Positions 53,716 through 64,000 of a DNA stretch of 64,000 nucleotides are shown piece by piece. Each line of letters opens with the position of its first letter. The stretch's first letter is position 1. Under the pieces are notes generated by a model, which saw only the letters and a list, made by a program, of their open reading frames with translations, was not told the DNA's origin and did not search any database. Made by a program: the position numbers and the translations under genes. Origin of the DNA: Negaprion brevirostris (taxonomy: Eukaryota); contig JARDVH010000106.1 of the NCBI GenBank assembly GCA_030324005.1, forward strand, positions 42,740,599 through 42,804,598. The letters are read 5' to 3'.

Positions 53716-54056
53716 ATCGAATACAATTTTTTCCTACTATAAAGGATATACTGATCAATTTTTTTAAAATTCAAAGTTCCATTGCAAAAGAGATAGTACA
53801 AATCAAGAAGGATGAAAACATTTTTCCCAATTTATTACATCATGGGATATATGTTATTGTTTTTTTTAAATGACCAACAGAAATAGTATCAACAGATTGA
53901 TACAAAGCAAAGTTTGATAGATATGTACAATAAATTCAGTGAAAGGAACAAAATCCCAAGTTTTAGATAATTAGATTTTTGATCAAAACTTTTTGTGTTT
54001 AAAGTTCTGCTTCTGACCACCAAATAAATCAACTCCATGAGTCACACCCATATACT

Positions 54057-55062
54057 TATTAAATGAACTCTAACAGCAGAAATATTATACACTGGCACAA
54101 GGATTTTTTCCCGTTAACCAAAACACTAGGTGCAAGAACAGCATGCCGGAATGATTTGTACTCTGGATTTTCATTTTCTTAAATCACTCACCAACTCGTA
54201 GAACTAGGTAGTGAATCTCCTATGAAACAAACCTAGCAAAATACCAGATGGGACAGACATTTACAAAACAGCACTAATAAGAGTTGTATCAAACGAGGGA
54301 ATGTTTAAAAAATTGTTAATTTGAACAAGATCAAAGCCAAATATGTAGTCATCAACAGTTACTGTAGCATTAGCTATTAATGCATTAGAGTAAATGCAAT
54401 TATTTTATAGCACTATTCAAATATTAACTGTCATCATTTTCAAAGTGCTTTAAAAAATTCAGAACTGAAAATAGTTGGGAAGAATTCTCGTTTTATACAG
54501 TACAATTATCCTCTGATGGCGCAGACAACAACAGAATACTAACAGTACCACAAACAAAATCTGCACTCACTCCCCTTGTTTTTTAAATTAAACTTTTCAA
54601 AAATCTTGCATAACCTGAGGTTTTTATTGACAAATACAGTTCAATCTCCTCATTAACATCACCATCATAAACAGATCGAAAGTTCAGATCAAAAAAATCT
54701 GTGGACTTGACCACTTTCGAACATTAACATTGTGATTGGATAGATAGAATAGTAGCACTGTCAATTACAAATATTTTAAAGAGACAGAATATCTCTTCCC
54801 CATAGTGCATGTTGACACATCTCCCCTGCAGTGCATGACTAATCTATCAATATGATCGTATGTTGTCACTCAAGACTTTGTTCTTTTCAAGCTTGGTTCT
54901 TGAACCCAATAATATGCTTTTGTAATCATATTGCCTGAATTCTTGTGGAAGAAAATGGGCTGAATTTTGCCACACATTTCTTGCACCTAGTGTTTTGGTT
55001 AACAGGGGGAAAAAATCCTTGTGCCAGTGTATAATATTTCTGCCGTTAGAGTTCATTTAATA
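54057..55062. repeat. ~1 kb segment bounded by 82/85-bp inverted repeats
   Basis: 54057-54138 is the reverse complement of 54978-55062, with one substitution and one 3-nt indel. Confidence 0.92.
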
Positions 55063-55279
55063 TGTCACCACTATTTAGGTGGAAATTGGATTTTCTGGTG
55101 TCTACATGTGTTATTAGTTGTGAGAATCAGAAATTTGCTGTCCAAGATGCTCCTCCAAAAGCTTCCCCCCCAAAAAGTAATCTCAGTGGAAAAACTTGGT
55201 ATTGCAATACATTTCCAGGCATGAATTTGTTGCACTGAACTCAGATAGGATTAACTACAAAATAAGTTTTTTAAAAATG

Positions 55280-55660
55280 TTTTTTTTAAGGGGATGTGGG
55301 CACGTCTGGTAAGGCCAGCATTTGTTACCCATCGGAACTATCCTTGAACTAAATGATTTGCTAGGCTATTTCAGGGGTAGTTGAGGGTCTGAAGTCACAC
55401 AATGGCCGGACCAGATAAGGAAGGCAGATTTCCTTCCCTAAAGAACATTAGTGAACCATATGGCTTTTTAAAAAAATAGCAATCACTTTTGGTGTCATGA
55501 TCACCATGACTGAGACTAGCCTTACATTCCAGATTTATTAATTGAATTTAAATTCCATCAGGTGCCGTGGTGGGAATTGAATTCATATCCCCAGAGTATT
55601 AACCTGGGCCTCTGGATTACTAGTCCACTGACTAGTACCACTCCATTACCATTTCTCCAA
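55280..55660 (-). mobile_element. Abundant SINE/LINE-tail repeat
   Basis: gggatgtgggcac..ctggtaaggccagcatttgttacccatc...ttagtgaacca...gtggtgggaattgaa. The same family occurs at ~11420-11900, ~13485-13950 and ~33540-33900. Confidence 0.7.
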
Positions 55661-55699
55661 AATACACCTTTTTAACAACATGGTAAGTAATGCTGAAAA

Positions 55700-57360
55700 A
55701 AAAGAGACATAATGAAGCTTTTTGTTTGGCACCCACGAGGACACTTCGCAAGAATACCATTACAAGGGGAAAACAACAATTTATATTGTATGAGAACCCA
55801 GATACGCACATCAATAAGCCTGAGAAAAAAAGTGGGAATCGTCATCCTTAACAAGGGTAACATATCAAAAAAATGTATACCATTCTTAATCATGGGTCCA
55901 AATTTGTACCCATTGGACCTACTACTCAATATGACCGCAAAGCCCCGCTCAAAGTGGAAAGAAATGCTTTCTGGACTTGTGGTGATGAGCTGCTGTGTGA
56001 TGTATATGATAGGGCTCATTGCATCACTCAGACGTGTATGGGCAGCCAAAGATACACAAAAGTGACGTCCCTTTATCCACATATTTTTTATGGCTAGTTC
56101 TGAACAGCATGAACTGTCCAAATGTTTGGGTGAATTGTTACAACCAATTTTAAGTAGGTTTTTCAGATACAGTGAAGGATTCTTTCATATTTACCAAGAA
56201 GGATAACAACGCTGTGTCCATGTGCTCATCTGACATTGTTCGCCTGTTCACCAATGTTCCACTTAAGGGAGCTATAGATATTTGCTCCTCAGCATTATAT
56301 TGTAGCGATCTAGACCCGTTACCATTTAATGAATCTGTATTCACTGAACTTATCAACACAGAACTCACACAGTTGAGTTCAGTTTTATTGACACATGTAC
56401 GCCTTAATAAATGGTGTTGCCATGGGATACCCTCGAGGGCCAGCTCCAGCAATCTTCTTTGTTGGGTTTGATAAGAATTGTGACTTTGATGGAATGATAC
56501 CTAACCTCCTACTACTCACATATTTGGATGATGCAGCTATATATAAATTCCCAGGGGCATATAATAATTGCCTTACATGTTTTTAATGGGTTCCGTCCTG
56601 CGCTCAACTTCACCTTTGAAATGGAGCAGTCAAATGAGCTCCCTTTTCTTGATGTACTGATTGAGAACTTTGGAGCAGTCTACCACAACTACCTTCACTT
56701 ATCAGCAACATTGTAATGCGAGTCTGATGCTAAAGTGTGAAGCACCAAAGACATCTAGTGGGTTAATTTTGTGCTGTATATCATACAAACTCATGGAAGG
56801 GCCTAACACCGTCACCTCTTGCTCTGAAGAATGCCCTGGAAAGAAACTGTTTCCCAACTATTTGAAATACAGGTATTGCTAACTGTTTCACACTGCTACT
56901 ACGCTGAAGCAACATGAGTGGTATTCACTATTAACAAGATGCTGCCACCAAGCCAAAAAGACATTCTGCTTACCACAGAAATGAGTACAGTAGTGTATAA
57001 ATTCCAATGCAAATATAATGCAAGTTATGTAAGGCTGAACATCGCGAAGACTGGTGGATTATATCAAATGGCATGTCCCAATCGTGGTTCACAAAGGGTA
57101 AGATACAGACTGTACCCAACCAGCCCGTGCTTGCAAAACTCAAAACACATTAGATGCAATTCCATGATAAGACAACATTTGCTAAATAATCCTCAGTGTG
57201 CTAAGAATTATGCTGAAAACTAACAAAATTGTCAGTGTGGTGCATTTGTGTGTTCTGAAGCTATATATGTTAATACATAGGGCTCTATTCTTGACAGACA
57301 GAAAGGACAGGTAGACACATTGTGCCTGTTTCAGCTAAACAAAATAAGTGGCAGCCATTC
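55700..57360 (+). mobile_element. Penelope-like retroelement relic (RT + GIY-YIG endonuclease), frameshifted
   Basis: SSDIVRLFTNVPL (S.DV.SLFTNVP), INGVAMGYPRGPAPA (GVAMGSPL.P), TYLDD (YVDD), LNFTFEMEQSNELPFLDVLI and STVVYKFQCKYNASYV (GIY-YIG), in canonical order. Confidence 0.92.
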
Positions 57361-57383
57361 TTTGACTCATTCCTTGGAGATTA

Positions 57384-59710
57384 GTGCAATCAAAGTGGCT
57401 CAAAGATTGGTGTGGGAGAAGTGGGTTTTGGTTCATGGACTGGCATCAGTACTCGGGTAAGTGGGGGCACTACCATTGGGATGGTCTTCATCTGAACCTT
57501 GCTGGTACTAGGGCTGTTCCAAACTATATAACATGGGAAATAGACAGGGCTTTAAACAAATCAAGGGGGTGAGGGATCAAGCTTAGACAGATGTAGCAAA
57601 TCAAGGGATTATAGTAAAGGACAGCAAAACAGGAATGTGGGAGACAAAGACCAAAGAATGGCAGGAACGAGGGACAGAAGAAAAACTTAAAATTCAGAAA
57701 CTGTCAGAATTAGATGTTATAAATATAAGAAAAGACAAAACTAAAGACTGTATTTGAATACATTTGCATTTGTAACAGAGTAAATAAATATGAAGTAAAT
57801 AAATAGGATCTGAAAACCATTACAGAGACTTGACAATGATTGGGTCCTGAATTCTGGGGCGGGGGCGGGGGTATGTGACATTCAAGAATAGGAAGCTAGA
57901 TAAATTTGAGGGTAGCACTGTTAATTGTGGACAGCATTGATGCAACAATTAGAAATTACCTTGTTTCAGGAAGTCAAGATGCAGAATCGATTTGGGTGGC
58001 GATGAGGAATAGTAGGGGAAAGAAGTCACTAATGGAAGTGGTTTATAGGCCTGTCAATGGTAACTACAATGCAGAATGAAGTATATACAAATAAATATTG
58101 GGTGCCTGTGATAAATAGCAGGCAATAATAACAGATGATTTAAATCTAAATAAAAACTGGAAAATTTAAACTGGCTTGGAAAGGGTGTTCGTATAATGCT
58201 TTTAAGATTGTTTCTGAGAAACATTCAGAGAACAGGTTATATTAGACTTGGTATTGTGTAATTTGGCAGGATTAAAGGCACCCCTAGATACGATTGACTT
58301 TTACATCCAGTTTGAGAGGGATAAGAGTGGGTCTGGAATACTCAGCTACAGATTAGATCAATAGAGAAATATTGGCAGACATTTCGAAGGATACTTCAGA
58401 ATACTCAGAATATATTCTTACTAAAAAGAAAAATTCCAACCATCCACAGTTAACTAACGAAGTTAAGGAAAGTAACAAAGACAAAACATGTAACTGCACA
58501 AAGATGAACGGCTGGTCAGATGACTGGTCAGTCTATAAATAACTTTATAGAACGACTAGATGATTAATCAGGAGAAAGAAATTAGAGTACGAGAGGAAGC
58601 TAACTAGAGATATAAAAAAACAGGTAGCAAGAGTTTCTAAAGGTATTTAAACAGGAAAAATGTAAAGTATTAGTCCTCTTGAGTGACAATAGAAAATTAA
58701 TAGAAGTTAATAGTTTTTAGATATGGGTAGGGATGGTTCCAACCGATTGGAAAACTGCAAATGTAAACCCTTTCTCAAGAAAGTGGTGGATAAACTTAGC
58801 AACACAGGCCAGCTTAACTTGGGTAATCCAAGACAAAAAACACTTGTTGTCAAGACTGGATTAAAGAAAGTCACTGCATATTGTTAAAAGTACCTTGGGG
58901 GCAATCCTCCGGCTCAATCTTTTTTTAACTGAAGGAGTAGATTTCATATGGCATACATGGACTTCCTAAAGGCTTCTGGCAAAGTCCCACATAACAAACC
59001 TGTCAGCAAAGAGGTAGTCTATGGTGTGAAGCAATATATTTTGGTGAGGAGAATGAGGAGAGGCAATAAAAACTAAAGGGGATTCAGAAAGAGAGACAGC
59101 CAGAGTTGTGTTTGCAAATGTGGCAAGGCAGGTTGAGAAATTGATTAAAAAGGCATCAAGAACCCAGAAGCAAGAGTACAAAGGCAAGTAATCCACGAAC
59201 CACCTGTATGAAACCCTGGTTTGGCCTCAACTGGGCACACACTTTAGCAAGGATATGCAACCATTACATAGGGTGAAAAAAGTTTTCCAAGAATGGTTTG
59301 TGGGATGAGGGATTTCAGTTCGTAGATTGACTGGAGAAGCTGGGATTGTTCCCCTTAAAAAGGGGGTTGAGGCTTGATAGAGTTGTTCAAAACCTAGAAG
59401 GATACATAAAGAGAAACAGTTTCCATTGGAAGAACGGTCACAAATATAAAGTGACTGGCAAAAGGCGTTAAGGCGAAGCAAGGAGAAAACCTTTTTACTT
59501 AGTGAGTGGTTACAATCAGGGTTACATGGTCTGAAAGGCTGATAGCTGCAGATTCAGTCTGGCTGTTAATAGACAACTGGATAATTATCTGAAGAGAAAA
59601 AAATGCAGGGCTACGAGGAAAGGGCAGGAAGTGAGACTAGAGAAGTTGCACTTTCAGAAAGCTGGCATTAACTCAACTGGCTGAATAGCTGCCTCCTCTG
59701 CTGTACCCAT
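57384..59710 (+). mobile_element. Internally deleted CR1 LINE (ORF1 SGNH-esterase end, endonuclease/RT remnants, 3'UTR)
   Basis: WLKDWCGRSGFWFMDWHQYSGKWGHYHWDGLHLNLAGT (CR1 ORF1 esterase DGLHL motif), later tacatggacttcctaaaggcttctggcaaagtcccacat (YMDFLKASGKVPH) and a CR1-type tail. Confidence 0.85.
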
Positions 59711-62700
59711 TATATTACCCCATGAGATTCCAGCTCCCTGTTGAGGGTGTGGTGCTTTTTGATGTTTGGCTGATAAGTTGCTGTGCAAGACTCTGTAGAC
59801 AATTTATAGACAATTTGGTTTGCTTCTCAGAGCAAACCCCAGCTCACTTACAGAATAACACTTTGCAGCTATATCAGACAGTGATCTGCAGGAAATGTAT
59901 GATATTTCACAAATAAAAAACATTATTTTTTGTCTCTGCTCAACGTGATTTCAGTAATGTCAACCACAAGTCATGACAATCCTAACTGACGGTGACTAAA
60001 AATGTGTTATGTGAGTAAGACGACTATCGAGGGATGCGGGCCAAGCACAAGAAATTGGAATTAATTTAATCGTTTAAAAAAAGGGCAGCATTGACATGTT
60101 GGGCTGAAGGGCCTGTTTCCACGCTGTAAACCTCTGACTCAATGTGTAGCATCTGTTAATATCTTGCCCCATTGCTGGAGTTGGGATTATGTCTTACAGT
60201 CATCTTTCTTCTTGTCCAAACCCTTACTTTCTCCAAGCAATCTTCCTCCATCTCCACTGCCACCCAACTCCACATTGCAGTACCACAACATTTAGTTTTA
60301 GATATGTTTGTGACTGTTGGTAGAAATGCAAAAAATTGAGAGATGCATAAGAAGGCAGAGGGAAAGAGATAGAAAAAAATGGAAGAGGGATCAAGAAAAA
60401 GAGAACTGGAGACAGTAGAAAAGTCAGTATATTGAAGCCAGAGATTTGTTGAGTTCCAGAAACAAGCAATAAAACAAAGACTTAGGTTGAAAGAATTAGA
60501 AACTGGAGACTGCATGATTATGAGGGGTGTGACATTAAAACTCAGAAATGTTACTAAAAGGAAGGGAACAGTTCTTAAAGCAAGGTGAATTCTGGCTGTA
60601 GTGACACAAAAAAAAACAAGTTGCTCCACATATAGCTGAAGGAAGGACTGAACAAGCAACAAGATTTTCCCATGACACAGGCAGCGGACAGGACGCCAGG
60701 CATCCTTCCAATGTCAGCAACACCTCTGGGCATCAGCTCAAGACTGCAGAGGGGGAAGAGATGAGATAACATGACATTGTCATGCTCAGCTAAGGCCAGG
60801 TGCAAACTGTGCAAACCATTCTGTCCTAAGTGGTCACATCCAGCAACATCGAAATGGAATCCCCTATGACAATTTCTATACCAGTTCATGCATGGGGTTA
60901 ATATGTTGGTTCACATTGTTGACATGGAAACTTAAAAAGATGACATATCATCATTGTAGACCATGGTGGAAAATACCTTCCAGGACATTCCTTCACTCCT
61001 TGTTTAATAATGAATTTTTTGTCTCCACAGGCATCTAAGTCCACCTTGTTGACCAGCAAGGGGCACGCATGCGGCAGGTTGTAGTGGGCTGCTCTGGGAT
61101 GTTGCTTCGGGAGTTGCCTATTGCTTCATGTCGTTAGAGTGCTTAAACTGGACCATCTCGAGGGCAGCATGACAGCTCAGAGACTATCTCTGTTGCTGTG
61201 CGNNNNNNNNNNNNNNNNNNNNNNNNNNNNNNNNNNNNNNNNNNNNNNNNNNNNNNNNNNNNNNNNNNNNNNNNNNNNNNNNNNNNNNNNNNNNNNNNNN
61301 NNTGACAATGGGACGGCGGCGTGGGCTCGTTGGGCCGAAGGGCCTGTTTCCCGTGCTGTGTTGTTCTTTCTTTCTTACTCCTGACACTCCATTCTTCAGC
61401 TGAGACCCAAGGTCTGTTGAGGTCATGTTTTTAAAAAATTGTTCAAACATTATTTAAATGTCTCATCTAGAACATATATAACTAAAATTGTTAATGTTGT
61501 TCCACTAATTTTCTGGGATTTCATTTCTGCATTGTAATGGGGATCATGATACCCATTGTAACCACTTCACATTACTGAAGATCTTAGAAGCTGTAAACCA
61601 ATTTTAATGTTTTGCTTGCTCGCAGGTTCTGGGAAATAAACTCTTCTTGAGTTGACCAACCACCTTTCAAGCTATATGTTATGAATTACGCAACATCAGA
61701 ATAGAATATTACTTAAATATTCAGAGATTTACAATTTTATTAACTTCAACTGCAAAGAAACCTAATCACAATTCTATATGAAAACAAACAAACTTTAAAC
61801 ACCAAATGTGCTAACCTCACCATTCAATTTCTCTCCCATTTAAAAAATTTTTACCTCCGTCTTCCTTCTTTTAATCCTTTTCTATGTTTTGTAGGTTCCC
61901 CTTCCTCTTGGTTTCCAAATCCATTTCAAAAGTGGGAGCAGCTTCCAAAAATAGATATTTCATTGGCTAAAAGCACATTTTTTCAGCCAATTGTAAAGCC
62001 AAGCTAAAATCAACATGGACGAGTCAGACATAACCAGCTCAATCCACTGACGCACAAACATTCATCAAATCATAGAGGGACTTTGCCAAATGAATGTACT
62101 TGGCAATATTCCTGGAGGCTAACATTGGATGGATAAGTGAGCTAGTCTGTGGCAGAATATACGTTAAAGATTATCTAGTTTTAAAATATTCTCTAATATT
62201 GTGAGTGCTGACAAGTTTAAAAGGGCTGCTTTGGCCTCATTTTCATAAAGGACCTTCAGGTCATTTAATCCCCAAGTGAATATTTAATGTCCAATTTTTC
62301 TACATTAAGAACTAAATCAAAAATGTCTGGGATCAAAAGCGTAGATGATGATTAATCACTAACTAGGCGATTTGCTCCAAAAAATCAGGTGAACTCAGAA
62401 GACTAAAAATAACAGGAATAGTAGCTACAAAATGGACATCCCACTGCTATTGACACCTGTTTACTTGACTTTAAGACAAATGCTCATTTGTTTCTCTCTA
62501 CCATTTCTTCATGTTCCCAACACCTATGAGGTAAAGCTTTAAGCAATGGACAAATTGCTCGTTAATATTTTAGATTGCACAAAGATGCAAAGTTTTATAT
62601 ATATTTATATATTTTAAATATTTATTATACATGAAAATAATAGCAACTCTATAAGGGTCCATGATGTGAAAAGCAAAATACATGCCATTTTCTGGCATTA

Positions 62701-64000
62701 TGATTTCTGAGTTTCTTTGTCATTACCAATTATGACAAAATATCAAACCAGACAGCTCCATGAATTCATTGCAAGACTAGATTGAATTCCAAGCATCATT
62801 TATGCCTTCAAGTATGTAAAATGCCACTGGTTTATAATTGTTTTCTTTACATTCATTAATTTTACATTAGACGGCTATTCATTCAGATTACATTAATTGT
62901 TGCAACAAAGGCAAATGGGCAAACAAAAGTAATAGCTGCAAAAGTAGAAGATAGTGAACGTGAATTTCAAAAGAGTTAAATTCTTTGCGGGTGACATTTT
63001 CTTTAACAATGTTTTCTCTACCGACTTAAAAACGTCAAAGCGAATCAAGCTATTCAAGATATTGCAAGACTCTTTAAACATTCATTTTGAGTGATGTGAC
63101 AAAATCACAACTTGTTTTCCACCTGCAGAAAACGAGAGAGAAATGTCCAGAAGGTAACCTTATGCTACTATTACAAGGGGCAGTGTGACGGTGCTTCTGA
63201 AATAGCTAAATTGTATTCATGCTTTTAGGTACATGGCAATGTGACATGTTCAGGAATTTTCGATAAACATTTTAATGTGTTTATAACTTAAGACATATGT
63301 AGGGCTGTAAAACTATAACCTGTATGTAACATACTAATACCCTTTTATGTCCAATAAAGTTGCTCCTGTGTTCATAGCAGCAAAGAATTAAAACTTGCAT
63401 TTTCTTATTCAATTCCTAAAACTATACTTTAATAAATATTTTGATAATTATTTTTTGAGAAAGCAAAGTATTGAAAAATGGTTTTGCACCAGTCGATATA
63501 ATTCCAGAGAGGTTACTAAATTAATCATGTCATAATGAGTCAAACCTTTTTGCTAAAATCAGGATGACATTTAAAACTAATTGTGTCATTATAAGCAATT
63601 CCCTGAGCTAAATGCATCATAAAACTATGAATTTGGTAGAGATAGTGATTTAATAATCAAATAGGAAACTGGTAATCAATAATTTTACTTTATTAGCACC
63701 CAAAGCCACATTTCTTTGAAATCTGAAGCTAGCTAACGTTGGATTTATTGAACGTTTTTAATGCTTCCTCAGTCAGTGAGATATTAAAACTATCAATAGT
63801 AATCAGACACACATACGATCTACACAACTATACCAGGGGAGTTATATTTTTAGTTTAAATGCATAGGGCTCTTACTAAAAAGAATGACATTTATTTTTGG
63901 GCCCTTTCAAAAATAGTATTTTTAAAAACATGCTGGTCATATTCTTTACTTTTTTTCTAACTAAACTGGTACAACATTTTATTTTGCTTCAGCAAAATCC

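Noticed and set aside
60156-60662. 168-aa hydrophobic minus-strand ORF
   Set aside because: It arises from the complement of a purine-rich low-complexity stretch and has no splice or homology support.
1-64000. Prokaryote-type systems (CRISPR array, operon, viral genes)
   Set aside because: No regularly spaced repeat-spacer array or dense ORF cluster was seen. The window is vertebrate intronic DNA.

Overview
This is a draft-assembly vertebrate window, almost certainly a shark or ray given the HE1/V-SINEs and CR1, L2 and Penelope repeats, with many N gaps. The whole window appears to lie inside the ZBTB20 gene on the minus strand. The large BTB + first zinc-finger coding exon is at 5631-7250. 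Three probable upstream leader exons (22923-23090, 23518-23613, 39759-39858) have good splice sites but contain only short uORFs, so the N-terminal extension of the mammalian long isoform does not appear to be encoded here. The last zinc-finger exon was not found and presumably lies left of position 1. The introns contain a processed SNRPG (Sm-G) retrocopy, a tandem CTCF/YY1 motif cluster, a ~1 kb segment bounded by ~85 bp inverted repeats, a PIF/Harbinger transposase relic and a Penelope-like RT/GIY-YIG relic. They also hold several short Penelope-type insertions with hammerhead-like cores and target-site duplications, one only 9 nt long, plus many degenerate LINEs, SINEs and MITEs. I found no convincing wholly new multi-gene system. 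The best leads are the uORF-rich ZBTB20 leader, the retrocopy, the insulator-like cluster and the small retro-insertions. Repeat boundaries are approximate, and comparisons with human ZBTB20 or repeat consensus sequences are from memory and need database confirmation.
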